A DNA stretch of 64,000 nucleotides from Phoronis australis. Lineage: Eukaryota; Animalia; Phoronida. Shown piece by piece: positions 18,900-33,800 of the stretch (its first letter is position 1; each line of letters begins with the position of its first letter). The notes beneath the pieces are model-generated. The model was not told where the DNA came from and ran no database searches. It worked only from the letters and a program-made list of their open reading frames with translations. Position numbers and translations under genes: made by a program. The stretch covers positions 855,895 to 919,894 of the forward strand of contig NMRA01000089.1 in assembly GCA_002633005.1 (NCBI GenBank), given 5' to 3'.

Positions 18900-21800
18900 G
18901 TTTGTTTTCATTTTGCTGTACCAACCACCTTCTAATCCAAATTTTATAACGTTCATCTTTGGAGTTGTGTGATTTTTACAGTCAAGTTATAAATTGAAGT
19001 ATTGGTTACTCACTCAAACCTACTTGTGCATACCTAAAGACAAGACGCACATCAGAAGTATGTCTTTACATCACTGGCTATCTGTACGCAAAACATTAAT
19101 CTGTCTTTCCCTACATATGGTTAGAATTTCAATACTTTGATCACTAGAAAACTGCACAAACTTGTTGATGTTTTTACGATTTGATGGTTCTGAAGTAAAG
19201 GGAAATGTGATTTGAAAATAGTTACAAAATGTACTGGGCGTGCTGTGTTAAGACATTTTGGCAGTGGTCAGCTTTACGGTAAATGAGCGGTTTATAGTAG
19301 TGTGCACTTTTCTGACTTCGCTGTTTGTGTATCGACTACACAAAAAGTATAATTATGTAAATTTTCTATTTTTGATTTTGCAAAACTTTTTGGTAAAAAA
19401 TTATCAACACTAAATTAATGTAGTAAAAAGTTAACTTCATTAGAATCCTGGTTTGAACTTTTCAACTGTCTTCATATAATCATTAATTGTGTGAAATAGG
19501 GTTAAATCACTTTACTTTTGTTAACTTATTACCTTTTCTTGGCTATTAAATATTGTGGTTTCCCATTTCAATAGTTTACCTTCTTGGTACTTAGGCATAG
19601 TTTAATGCTTTTGTAAAATAGTTTTGTGGTAAACCACAGGATAGGTAAAAGTAAAGCAATCACAGAATTTCTTGGCATTCTATTCTCTGTCAGTATCTCT
19701 CCAATGTCCGTCTTCTATTGTCGGACTTGAGGTCACGACGTTGGCACATCTTCGACTGTGCACTATTTTAACGAAGGGTCACATTCACCATTATTGACAT
19801 GGGCAGTGCTATTATTTACAATAATTTTTCAAGTTGTTGATCCAAAACCAGGTCATTCCGTTCATTTATGATGAGAAAAATTGACCTGTCACCCCTTGAG
19901 ATGTCCTCAACAATGGACTTGCCCGTGGCTGTATCTTTGAAAGAATCTTATATTTCAGCTCATCACAAGCATAGCCACTGATCTCGATGTTCTTTTGAGT
20001 GACCTCTGCGGACGTCGTCCAGTGGTCCGTGCGGACAAGGTGTCAGTGGACGAAAACAGGTGAGAGTTCTTGCCTAGACATTTATTTACTGTTTTGGTGA
20101 AATAAGATTGCACATTCAGGTGTTGTGGCCTAAGTTTGTTTCTTTTACCTATACATGCTGGTTGTGTATTTGACTTATGTTTGCTGTGGTGCAGTCAAGT
20201 ATTCAAATAGTAAATCTAGTTGGTGGTGACAAAATGTTGTCGTGTTGGATGGTCATAATATCTTGAATATGTGATGTTTTCATAATTACTAAATTTCAGC
20301 ATCATGGTATTGAACGGAAGTACAGGAAATGTGACTTACTGGAAAAACTAATTCTAAATTTTAATCTCAGAAAAAGGAATGTGGATGGAACTATTTTGTT
20401 GCTTTATGTCTAAAATTGCTTCTAATTTGTCTGTTGTGTTATTGACCAGCAGTTTTTCTTTCAAACAAAACGTGTCAAGCCTTTGTTCCTTTTGTCTGTC
20501 CCTTATTCACACTTGCCACCTAAGACCAACTGTCAATACAGTATTCTGGGAATTCATAATTCATCATCAATGCTAATCGGAAACGGGTTGCAATTACATC
20601 CACGCTGGGAACATCTATTAGCATATTAATATGTATTAAGTTGCGTCTCAGACGGCAACATATGGATTCAGTAGTTCTCCTGGGGGATAGACCACATGGC
20701 AGTTCGCACTGAGTTTTAAGAAAGACTCGGACATTTTGTTCCCATGTATATCACACCCTTTTTCTTCCGTTGTCTGGAAAGTATAAACCAGTGGTTCGTG
20801 AAGCGCAATTTGAAGATGATTACTGACTGGTTTAATATCACAGTAGTTCACCTATACAGAATTAAATTATTCATGTATCAAGAATTGGCATTTCATTAGT
20901 ATTCAGCAGAGTGTTTTCAAAAGACCCATGTGTATTTACGTGATGGCTTCTTTATCGTAATTTATGTTATAAAAGTGTTATTCTGTGAAATATCACCTAC
21001 TTTTCTTTGTGAAAATGATTGATTAGGTTTTAATTTTCTAGTGACTGAGTGGTTTTATGGCCAATTAGCTTATAGTGACCAGTATTGAGGATGGGTCATT
21101 TGACATTAAAGGTCAGTCTCTGGTGTTGTTTTGTTCGTAGCAATAGCGTGAGAAATGAGGTAAAGGCTGCTTTTTGCTTAGAAATAATGGATTTTATGAG
21201 ATTAATATTCTTGAATAGAGAATCGAAACTCTGCTTTCAGTGTGAAGTTTTGGACATTTTTGAATTTCATAGTCAGTACTCTTAAAGGGGGCCTAGTACT
21301 CTTAAAGGGGCCTGAGTCAGAGTTGTGGGATTAAAATTTGTTAAGTCTCAAAGATATCACCGTTTTGTTGATTAAAACTGCTCCATCAATCTTAGTATGG
21401 AATGTGAACTCTTCCAAGATACATGGATTTGTTGGTTACAATTTTGTTTAATCAGTTGTTGACTAGGCTGTAAAGTGTCCCCAAAGGACATACCAGGGTT
21501 TTGTTGGTTACATGTTTGTTTGATCAGATCTTGACGTAATCAATGAAATAGGCTTTCAGAGAAATACTGTGTATGACATGCTATCCCTCTCTGATTTGAC
21601 AAGGTCATTTACATCAAATGTCAATCAGATATATCCCTGAACTCTTCATCAAGATAATCATCGATACGAGAATTGATAATCTAGTCTTTCCATCATTCTA
21701 TTGCCCTATTCCTGAATGAGATTGTGAATGCAGCATAGCCAAGAGGTGTTTTGTGTCTGCTGCTACGATATATTCCAAGTAATTTTGATGACTTCAAATT

Positions 21801-24800
21801 TGAGTTTTCTTTATTGATGATTTAATCTAGAGTAGAAAAATCTTTTGATTAATTATTGTTTTTAGTTAATTCATGTACCACTGACAGTATGGTACGGCCT
21901 TTGAAGAACTATTCGTTCCCTTCATTGTAGAATACAATTTTCAGAAAGGGGAATTTTTTGTTGTCAAATTTCTTGTCAGAAATGAACAAGAAATGATAAC
22001 TTCATTATCATAGAAGTTTATTTTGTACAAGTGTCTACTAATTGGGCAATGGGAAACTTGAGATGTTAGAAAATTTTAGGACTGAAATTAAAATTTGAAA
22101 ATGGTAAAATGATAGTTTCGTAATAACGTTTGTTTCAAACTTAAGTTTTGTTTTGCATTTTTCAGTGCATATTCACGTTTTCAGATGAATTTTCTGAGAA
22201 TGCTTGTGACACCGTGGCAACATCTGTCAGTTGGCACAATATTCATGTTGTGGTTTTTCGGCCGTTGCTATCCGGTTTCCTCACCAGAGGTCTTCACGTG
22301 TCTTGTGAATGAAAACCACTGCAGACAATTGGCAATGTATCACATTTCGCCCACTGTTTTCCCATGGGGTTCACCCGGCCTTATTAATAATGTGTACATT
22401 TGTCCGCGTCTGCTACCTGCATGTGTATATTGAGATATATAGACTAATGAGAACTCGTATTGGCTCATAGGTGAAACAGTTCATTCTACGGTGATCGTAA
22501 TACAGGTACCTAGTGTGGGTTAAGTGTTAGACACAATCAACAATGCTGGCAGGTGACTACTCTTTTTTGTCTGCTCTTTTGAACTTTCGGTTGATTTTCA
22601 GTTGATTTCACTCACAGAAAGCACTCACCAACTTAGCCTACTAAAAGCAGTTGATGGGAGTTTTGTTTTGTTAATAATAGTGATCTTCAAGAAATTTTAG
22701 ACTTTGTCTTGAGTATGCTGTTATGATGTACAGCTTTCTTAAACAAAAAATCTATACATTTTAACAATGTTATCAGCATTTGAACTGTAGAAATATGACT
22801 TTCACCAGTTATTGCTGAGCAAACTGAACAGAGGTTACCGCAATACAATATGTTAAGATAGATCATTTTATGTTTGGATGTTTCAGTTAGTTTTACTGAC
22901 TGTTCTGGGTGGTGGTACATTGTGCCTTTGACGTTGTCTAATCTGCTCTCACTTAAGGAAGGTTATGTTTGGTGTTCAATGATTTAATTTGAAAATATGC
23001 TGATAGAGACTTCTTTTGAAGTTCCAGTGTCTTTGTGAATACCCACAACCTGAGAATTTTAATTCCCAAAATGTAACTAATTGGATTACCTTTGAGAAAT
23101 GCTCACCCAGTTCGTGGGGCACATTGCAGCATTCAGGTGAGAAAATGTCCACTCTTTACTGAAGGAGGTGTTATATGATTCTTTTGACTCGTATGCGCTA
23201 TAATATTGTCGTACTTGTGTGTACCCATCTTCTCTCAACTTGCTCCGGCCCCGGAGTTTTCAATTGCCCAACATAAGACACTGGTGGTGTTAAGGTGTAC
23301 AAGTGTGGTATTTTACTTCAAACAAAGAACAAGGCTTGGAATTTTCCTCTTTTAAGAGGATTTCACTTATTTGATTTCTAGTTTCCTCCTTTTACGTCTC
23401 CTTGTTATCATTCTTTGAATTTGTTCATGCAAAAACATTTATTTCAGTTAAGTTTTGTGACACAAAAATATTTCTATCAAACATCAATTATATAAAATGC
23501 ATCTCTTGCACAAACTCCGTCTCCTCCGCTCCACATTAGACCTTTGTTTCGTGCTTTTCGTCACCGCCTTCGTCCTAGGTATTGCACCGGCCCCCTATTA
23601 GGATTCGAGGTGTTCTATTTTTTTTCTCGCGGATCGTTTTTTCGCGGACGCGGAGGGAGGGTGGCCAGTTGCATACTGGCCTTGGTGACGTCAGTCGGTC
23701 AGCTCAAAAAGCCTGGGTGACGTTACTCCGTCGGCTTAATTTCACTCCCTCCGGCTTCTGTCGCGTATATAATTCATCGGGCCTGTCGCCGCCAAAATTA
23801 ATGATGCCTCATTAAAAAAATTGTACTCTTCCTTGAGTAAACTAAATTATTTACCCAGATGTTGGAAAATTGGCGTTCTTCTGTTATTCTGCTGCTAAAA
23901 TTGCGATGCGCTCTTTGTGCGCCATTGCGTCACCTATCGGGCCAAGTTCTTCAATCAACTGTGGATTTTCATAACAATCGGAAGTGATTTCATTTCGTTA
24001 CAAGTTTTTACTAGTATTTTAATACCAAAACAACAATTTCAGAAAGTACTCTCGAGAGATATCGCAAAGTTTGGGAAAATGGCGCTTTCATGCGCGTGTC
24101 ACGAGATTGCACTGTTTTTCAAAATGACGGCAGATACAAAAGGCGGAGAATTGCGAAAAATAACGTTTATTAGATTTTGTTTACTTCTATAAACGGCTGT
24201 AACGGGCACTGTGAATGTCGATTCATTCCCAGATTCTGCATGCACCCCTGCACTAAAGCAGGTTGTTAGCTCTAAGTTTCAAGACGAGGTGAGCACCCAG
24301 GTTGTGTGAAATTTCGGTGTCTTACGAAACTCTACACACGGCTACCTAGCTGCATGTTGACGAAAGTCTTCATACAGCTAGCTGGCTTTCTACTTCAGTA
24401 TGTACATTTAAGATGCAACTTTTGTAAATACATCCAGGGTCAGATCCAGGATTTTGAGTTGGGGGGGGGGGCACGGCAAATAGAGTATTGGCCAGAATTT
24501 TGCAATTCACTGAGACATTCGCACCCCCGAACTGCCCTTGACCCCCCTCTAAATCCGCCACAGCCGCACACCTCACCTTAATTGCCTACTAAAATCTGAC
24601 AGGTGACAGAAATTCTGCTTGAAGCTTTGAACACGGTCTCTTCAAGAAGTATTCCTGTCTCTTGCGATGAACACTCAATCGGTTCACTCTTAGGTGTAGC
24701 TATTTCCCCTCGGCGTTTCCCACTAGCTGTACGGGTAACGGCTAGTGCCTATTTATGGAATGACACATCACCTGGAAAATTTTCTTTTTTGTCATTAGTC

Positions 24801-27800
24801 ATTCCAAGCCTTGAAAGAATTCAATTTGATCCAGCAACAGCTTGAAGGTAACTAGCTGAAGGTGAAGGAACATTGATTTTCCATTTTTAACATTTTTGAG
24901 GTTACAGTTTAATAATTGGGCTAGTTAATAAAGTTCATTATGTGCCGAATTGATTTTTTTGCTTGAAACAGGTCGTGCTTGCGTGTGTATGAGCCCCAGT
25001 TGTTTTCTAAAGTTTGATTTGCCCCTTGGCTACAGGAAATAGATTGCGATATGAAAAGTTCACGCCATAGCCATGTGTTGTTACTAAGTAAATAATAGGT
25101 GAAAAGAGCTTCAAAAATTACAAACAGAATTTGTTCTGTGATGACGTACTCGTCTTGTTAGTCTTTGAACAAGATTTTTCATTCAAAGAGTCATAAGGCC
25201 GCCTTGAAGGCAAACAAGTTAGAGGAACATGACCTAATGCTCTACCAACATCACGTTTTCATGTTAATTTTGACGGGTACGAAACCAAAATTTGGTGAAA
25301 ATCGTGTACTCTTGTGTGCGCATTTTGAAAAGTCCATGTTTCTCATAGTGCCGGATTTTTCTCATCCTTTCTCTAATTTCCACATTTTCTGAACTGATAA
25401 CATCTTCTCTGTCTACTCAGCAGAATTTTTCTAAATTCGGCTGTTCAGTAATGTACCCAAAACCGAGAAGAAATCTTAATGGGAACTTGTGACTTTTTGA
25501 ATGGTAGTTTTCCTCAGCTTTAAATCAAATGAAAATTTCCAGAAGAATAAGTCATATTGAAGGCAGGCAAACTGTTCCAAATTTTAGAAGGCCTAGGAGG
25601 TGTTATGTATTCTTGGAAAACATAACATGAATCTGCTAATTCTTACTAGCCATAACATCATCAAATTTCCTGTGGCTGGGAATGTTTTATTTAGATTTTA
25701 AAATGTATTTACATCATTGCCTAAATCTCTTATTGGAAAGAGAATGAAATGTTATGCCTTAGTGCAGTTAATGAAAATGGCTACAAATCGTAAGCGAACC
25801 CTCGCCTTCTATTCTCTGTCACTTTAGAAATAGGCAAAAAATGTGCTACTATAAGGTTGCACATATCATTCAGTTTAAATAAACACGAGTATGAATGATG
25901 AATGCGCCAGTGGACGACTCGTAGGTTAAGCTTTGTGCGTAAATGTACCGGTACAACATTGCTGCAGTCAGTGGTAGTAACACGTGGAACGTTATTTGTT
26001 GAATGTCATATGGGATAGGTGAGTGAATACACTTGAGACTTCCTATACGCTGACGGTCTGTCTGCTGACGGTCTGTCTGCTGTTGCCTGCACTTCAGTCG
26101 CCTCTCGGTCAGTTGATAGTAAATAGTTTACACATGCTAGTCTTTATTCAGGTAAAATTTAATCTGTGGTATCCGGTTGTCGTTAACAGAAGTCTGTGAA
26201 CAGTGTTTTTGTTTTACTTTGAAGTCGTCTGCTTTTTTGCAAGTGCCTTGGGTTCCGTGGCAGAGTCAGTTCCACTTGACACATTTTGTTAACTTTTTAC
26301 ATCACTTAGGGCACAATTCCTTATTCAGTGCATTGTTAAACTTCTTTTGAAGAGATATAAACTTGTCAACTGTCTCTCAAAGGTGACTTTGGTCTTTCTC
26401 AGGTTATCTGCCATCTTTTTTTCTCCTTTTCTGATGCACACCAGGTGGTGAGACAGATTTCAGTTTGGCAATGATTTGAATACACTCCTCTGTTAGACAA
26501 AAGGTGCTGTTCAAAGTTGATTACGGAACGATGTATCATTTCTATTCCACATTACCATATTCATTGTCACGTCGGATGAACATGTTTCACGGTTCCTGTC
26601 GTTGCTCACGTACACACCGTTACCTATGTTTAATTCAACAGTTTGTACAATCATGGAAAATGGTTGTAACAAGAGCTGACGAAGATGTTTGAACAGAGTT
26701 CATTCGTTAACGTTCCTAAGTTTTACCGGAACCTTTTATTAGTTATGAACCATCTAGCTTGTGACTGGTTGAAGCTGCACCTTGTTTGTATTTAGATGTC
26801 AAAAATAACGAACACAACACTAAGTAACTTTCCCAACAAACTCAGCTCCAGTTTTTTTCCTTATCATAATTTCTAGGACGTCATTTTGTTGCCTCAAAGA
26901 ACATTTGAAGCATGTACGAGCACAGATGCGCTGGCCCGCCTGTTCCAAAATCTACTCTACAATTCAGTCCCAGGTCATTTCACAATGTCAACCAGAATGT
27001 TGGAACTGATGTAAGAAAATTTCTTGACTCAGTTTGACACAGACTTACCCGGTATTTAGTAATTTCTTGGTGTCACCTTTAAACAGGAAGTGGACAGGAA
27101 ATACAGTTTGAAGTGGCCTTAGTTTTTTTGGTCAAAGTGCATTGGTTATTTCCTAAACTAAAATCTACCGGTAATCAAGTTTGCCTTGCTGTCAACAGTT
27201 TGTTCCAATATTGCCTGTCTTTTCAGTGACTATAGACATGTCCTGGGGTGACTGGTGTATTATGTTGAAGTTTGCCTAAATTATAATTTGGTTTACATTA
27301 CAGTCATAAGTTCAGTTGGTTAAATATTGTCTGTCTCACAATTTGTAGTGTCCTCTAAGGCAATTTTGTCTGCTTATAACATTTGGTTTAAGCTTGGCGT
27401 TAAATTAAAATTTTAAACAAATATTTTGTAACTTCTTTTTATTTAAGTTATGACAATAATGACACAGGTGATAGTATGACACAGGTAATAGTTGAAACAG
27501 TTAGGGTAATAACATTGCTGATTTGTCTATTTGAGTGCACTTTTCATAATCTTGCTAAAAATAAAGAAAATGACTTGGATTAGGAGACTGGCAAGTAGTA
27601 ACATAACCATTGATTACATTGGCCTGTATACTAGTGACCTCTAGAGGATGAGTGGACAGTTTCACTTTTCTTTGAAAGGTATCCCGTCTAATTACATGTG
27701 CTGTAAAAGTTTTTTTCACAAAGTTGAACTTAATTCCTTTTGCCACCCGATTCAAGAAGTACCGCCTGCTTCAGCCAGGTGGCGATAAGAGTCGTTGATC

Positions 27801-30800
27801 CCACATGATCAACCCCATTGCTTCCTGAATGTCTGCAGTATTCCCATCGTGACATCTGAGCAATTTCGGAATTTCCCATGTTGATAGCTGAACTTTAATA
27901 GAATTTCCCCATCATCATGACTCGGTGCATGCGGAATTCCCGTCGGATTCACTAGAATGACAGTTATGTGGGTCATTACCCGTCATACCTGGGAAGCAGC
28001 ACTTGCCGTAAATCCCGTCCGCACACAGCTTTCCCTAGAGCAACGTACCCCACTTTTGAGTGAATCGTCCGCACACACACACATGTCCCATAACTAGGGT
28101 AAGGCTGAAGTTGTCGCTCTGTGCGTGACAATGAACACCTAATGCAAATACGTGGCGCAAAAGAAAACCCGGCTATATGTAACCGCACCTGATAATTACT
28201 TCCGCCTTGTCCAGGTTTGCGGCCACACAGGAATTACAAGTGGTGCAAGTTGCCCTAGAACAAGTTACGCCACCTCGATAAGATGGAGTAAGTTGTCACA
28301 AGTGGGGTAAGTTGCGCTAGTTTAAATAGCGTCCACACAGCACTCAAATCTAGCAGACAACTCATTCCAGGAGTTACTTGTTCTAGGGCAAGTCTGTGTG
28401 TGGACAGCACTATAGTCTGTGTGCCCACGGGAACTATTATCTGATTACTTTTGACTTGTACTTTAACCTGGGCGTAAGTAGCACTTGAAACCTTCATTCA
28501 TCATCAACCCTTTGTATGGTCATGTACTTCTGTTATTGAAATCCCTGGAATCCCCTGGAGTGTTTTCTGTATCAATGAGGCACTGCAGTTTAATTTACTT
28601 ATTTTCAAATTACCCCTGATTCAAGAGTCTGTTGTGTATTCACTCACTGAGAAGGAATTGATATATTGTGTGTCTGCTTGCAGCCACAACACTGGTGTGT
28701 ACAAGCCAGTAGCCTCCAGCTCCACAACAGGGGTCACTGTTGTTGTTATTGTTGTCTTGGGGAGTTAATTGGCTTATTACACTAGTTTCTAAATAGCCAC
28801 TGGCAACCGAGACCAATACTTTTTGTGGCTGGTTGTCCCCTGTCTTCTGTGAGTAGCCACTGTCCTGATCAGTTGCTGTCAGACTATGATTTGTAGTTTG
28901 TTGTCCAAGGTATTATGTCTCGAAATTTCATTATTGTTGCACTTTTAGTCAAATGTGATTTATAAAGGTATTTTAAAAGTCATCATGCAACAAGAGAGTC
29001 CCAACTGTCTCAGTATCTTGCTTTTACATGGTTATTTTTTCTCCCTGTTTGTGGTTTTGCTATTTTTTGCTAGCTGGTCTTTGTCAAAATATCCAAAACC
29101 AAAAAAAAAACTGGAAATGTCAGTCAATACTATCAAGGTTTCATTATCAAATGAAAAGAATTTTGTAATGCAGCCAGGAATTTCAACCTGACATTCCACC
29201 TGTCAAAAGTTCACCGGAATTATTTTTACCCCCAGGAATAACAATCGTGAACTTTGACTTATTATCTGCGTCCACACACACATTTAAATTGGACAAGAAT
29301 TGGCCATTTTGCTTCCACAATCGTCTATTTACCTTTTGTCTGCCACAACTCAATGGACGTCTCAGAGTTGCACTGACTCCAGCTAATGTTATGATTGGTT
29401 GATTGATTGAAGGCAGGTAGAATGCAATTCCTTGGCCATCTCACACCTATTTTACGCACCTGAGGCCATGAGCAAGTCAGTCTTTACCTGTATACAAACA
29501 CACAGGAACACATACACACCTGTCTGCTCAGAATTGTCTGCAGTTAAGTGTCACATGATCAGATTCCGTCTGCTTCAACTGATCTGTGGTATGACTTGCT
29601 GTGATGGGACAGGTGGTTTCTTGCCTCTGTTCATGGACTGTCCATTGAGATGTGCCGTTGGATTAGAGACTGTGCAGGTATTGTACCGTACTCAGTTGCC
29701 ATCATGTATTGGAAGTTGTACTAGAGATCTGAATGTTGTCTGGTCTTATTTCACCACCAGGATTTTGCTACAAGAGAACCAATTATTTGTCCTGTTCTGA
29801 CCTGGGTTCTGGTACCTTTGATGTCTAAATATAAATGGCAACTTCACCTGTTTTCTTTATTGGCGAACTAAGAACAAGGCACCTCAGCTTTGGAATAGAC
29901 ATGTGTTTCAGATATAATAATTTTGAAGTTCTTGTACAGAGCTTTTAAAGACAATGGATGTTTTAAATTTTCTTCTCAGCATCTTTGAGCATTTGGCGCA
30001 TTGTCATCAACTTAGTTGTATTAGTCTGTTTTGGAATACTATGTTTCTTTTAGAAAAAAAAAATTGTTTTGAGAATGAAATGTACAAATTAGCGTGAATG
30101 ACTTTGATAAGTAGAGTTCACTAGTTTTTCAATTTGACTAAATCGAAACAAGGTACGTCAGAGCGAAATGTCTCCATCTGGCTCTCAGTAACACAGTCTC
30201 TTACAAACAACCTCAAAAACTGCATCTTGCATGCTATGTATACAAGTATGTGTTGGACAAAAGCTGTAGTTAGTGATTGTGTACATTCATTTAAAATTCT
30301 AAACGGTTGATCCCTGATCAATTTGCTTCTGATTTCGGTAGAATTTTTCCTTGTCCTGCCAACAACTAGTTTTAGTCATTTTTTTTAAAAACTTGCTGAC
30401 TGTTGTTTGGCAGGTATAACAAAAACAGACTTGTGCAGGCATAACAGGCAAATGTTTTTGTCACCCACTCCGCTAAATGTAGTTTACGAGACAGTATTGA
30501 AGAGTGAAGGTTGCCAGCTAAAGGTTTGTTGCACAAGAGCATGGGAGGAACATTGTGGTACTGGAGAACTATTGAGCTTTAACAATTGATGTTTGGTTGT
30601 GCTTGATCAGTCATTGGCGTCTTTGAGTTTCGTTTTTGCACTAAGCCGAATGTGAGTCTATGAGCAGACGCTAATGTGCTTAAACTTCGGGTATAATCTT
30701 TTGATTTTTTGTTCTGCTGAAACTTGAATGATAGCAGGCTGTACTTCTTTGCTTTGACTAATTACCTGAGGCAGCCAGGCCTGTCAATCAGCAGAGCAGT

Positions 30801-33800
30801 GGTTGGCCAATGACGTGGACTATATTTGTCAGTTTAACTCATCAAATAAATAAGTCTTTGTAGTCTGCCCATCCACAAGGAGTCTTGAGGGGTGTATGAA
30901 CTTTTTTCGTTGTTTGCTCGACTCGACTGGCTGCCAGGGTTCTGAAATTTTATCTTTTCGTGCCATTGAGTTGGTGTGACAGGTGTCGGGTAATCTGTGT
31001 TGTGCGTGTCTAGGTAAAGATTCAGTGTTTATCAATCATTATTGAAGGTTAATCAAGGATAAACATAGGTGTACACTGTCCGTTCCAGGGTATTTTGCTG
31101 TCTATTCCCATCGTGGAATCAATGAGTTATCCTAGCCACGTCTAAGTTTCTCTCAAAATTTTGATCAATCGCTATTTTTTGTTTTTGATTGAATTTCTTT
31201 GCTTGTGCTCCTACTGGATGATTATAATGGTAGAAGCAATAATGATGGCAGTGATAATGATAATGATATTGATAATAATGACAGTGGTTGTGATTTAAAT
31301 CAGCCTTATGGAAAATTATAATTGTTTCATCTGAAAAAGTTGCTGACAGTGTGTTATTTGGACGTTTTGTTTTTAGTTGGTGTGCTAAGTCAGGAACACA
31401 AGTTTGTGCTTGTGTTAAGATATTGGTTCATAAATGGCCTGTTGTGTTATTAGGTTGTTGTGTAATTGGTCCAACTGGGGCTCCAATGTGTTATGCATGA
31501 TAACTGGGTATCTCGTATTTCAACCATGAAAACAGGAAACACCTGATTTGGGTGTCACGAAAATCAAACAAGGAGTGTATGACGAAACTGGTATGGATAC
31601 CTAAGGTCAATCAAAAACAATACCAGATATAAACACTATGGAGTGCACGCGGTCGTTTGATGGAGTTAACTTCAATTGTACTGTGTGATGATCGTTGAAA
31701 CAGAATGGAAGAAATATGTAAATCGACGAAGTAAGGTTATTTTGAATTTTGAAATGTTTTGTGTGAAGATTTGCTTCATCTTCGTTACAGCTTTGAAATG
31801 ACTAGCCATGTAGTCGGGCGTAAACATCTCCATGTGGATATCAACATTAAGGATATCTTGCCATTGAGAAGTCCCAGTTGTATCATTTTTATCTTGTTTA
31901 AACTGAAAAGTGTCTCTTTGGAGTTAATAGTCTTTTCCATCTATTATTCCAGTGATTTGGAGCAGTATTTGGTGGGCGTGGACTCTGACAGCGGCGGACT
32001 ATCCAGTCGATCTTCCGAGTCACCAGACAACGTATTTGTTGAAGAAACTATTGCCTTGCCACAGTCCGTCGCAAAACTAGAGAGTGCGACCTGCACTCCT
32101 CGTTGTTCCTTCAATACAGATCCTTGTGAGAAAACTGTTGTTGGCGAACCTTGTTTGGTTACCTGTGAGTCACGCTGTTCGCAGGGTGAGATTGGTGAGC
32201 GTGACCTAAAACAGAACACAGAACCACTGAAAGAGATTGAAAGTGGTCAGGAAATTACCATTTCAACTGCAGAAGTTAGAGCTTCCGAAAGTCCTGTGCC
32301 AAAAAACACCGATATACAACAGAATAGTTTGAGTGATGCGGAAACACAAATTATAAGTGAACTGGTAGAACAATGTTGTTGTTTGGAACCCAATTCAGAT
32401 AAACGGCGTGTTGGAGTACCTGACTCTAGTGACGGAAATACCTCTCTGCAGGACACGGACAAACTTTCGTATTCATCCGCAGATGCTAATGTTGAAACGT
32501 CTGGAGAGGAGTTCGTAAAAGAGAATTTCTGTCTACATACTGAAGATTCTGAACATAAACAAAAGCTGGTCTCTGAGACCAAAGACACTGAGTTATTAGC
32601 AGGGAATGAAACAGAGGAACATAGTTTCTTTTTGCGGGAGTCATCAGGTAACCAGGGCCATTTTGAAACCGTAGAGGAAACGTCAAGGAATGAAGGAATT
32701 GTGAACAAAACTGAAATTGAAAGCTGTGATAACCATGAGGTGCAAAAGAGCAACATTCCACAGGTGAAGGAGGTAAGGTTGATACAGGTGTGTTCTGGAT
32801 TACATTCAAATGTGCTAATTTCAAGAAATTTACATAACACTGTTGTGGCTATTCGTTTTACTTGGCGAGGGCTTCATTTTAGGTTTTCACTATCAAGCGA
32901 CTTGGGGGAAGTCACGTACTAGGTCACTTTTTAATACGAGGAGATCTGTCTTTTTAAAAAGTCCCGACAAAGTGCGCCTGATTGAACGCGAGTTATTTGC
33001 ACAATGCGCCATTCACAGAGTTTGTTTTTGTCTGGGCACAGTTGCATTGAAAATGTGTAACCCCTTTTAGTGCACGTTTTTTGAAGCAATTCCGCTCTGG
33101 CCATTGATTGGCTGTTTTATGAGGGCTAGGCAAGGCCAAGGGATTCCAATTGGGCTTTGCTGTCTCGAAACCAGCGATTCTGTTCACGCCAGCTCATTGA
33201 TGCATGCCTTTATTCTTGTTGATTCAGTTGTCCTATTCATTCATAAAACCTGTCGGCCATTGTTGCCACTTTTGTAGATCTTTTGTTTGTTTTTGAAATT
33301 GACACGTTTGACGTGTATAGCCTGATCCACTGCAGCCATCTGAGCTTGTTTTTCCTCAAAAATTAAATCACCAGCCTGTTTCGACAGTGAAAATTGTGTT
33401 TGATTGGGAGTTTGGTGACATGCAACTGCTGTTTCAACATGCTACAGGGGAATTATTTTTAATGGATTGTTTTGTGAAAAAATACTAGCCAGTTGTAAGC
33501 AAGCTTGGCCTTTATTCGAAATATTGGGGTGCAAATGAATAAATGCTAACAATTAGCACACACGGCTAGAGCTGAAGTGATTGCTTACGCCCGATTACAC
33601 ATTGTCTGAGATCACTTAAGGTCTTGCTATGCGGCTGCACAAACAAAATGTGACTCCACAAAGGTCATGAAAAAACCCTGCGTCCACCATTGCACACGCG
33701 ACTTGACTGCATTATGTGCACGGCCGTTGGACTGGCAGTGGTTTTTTAACGCTCTGTCTGCTCATTCTCTCTGCTTGAGATGATTGGAGTACGGTCGTTT

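Noticed and set aside
32895-32922. Helitron 3' end (GACTT-GGGGG-AAGTC hairpin then CTAG)
   Set aside because: Stem is only 5 bp, the next base is not T, and no 5' end was found
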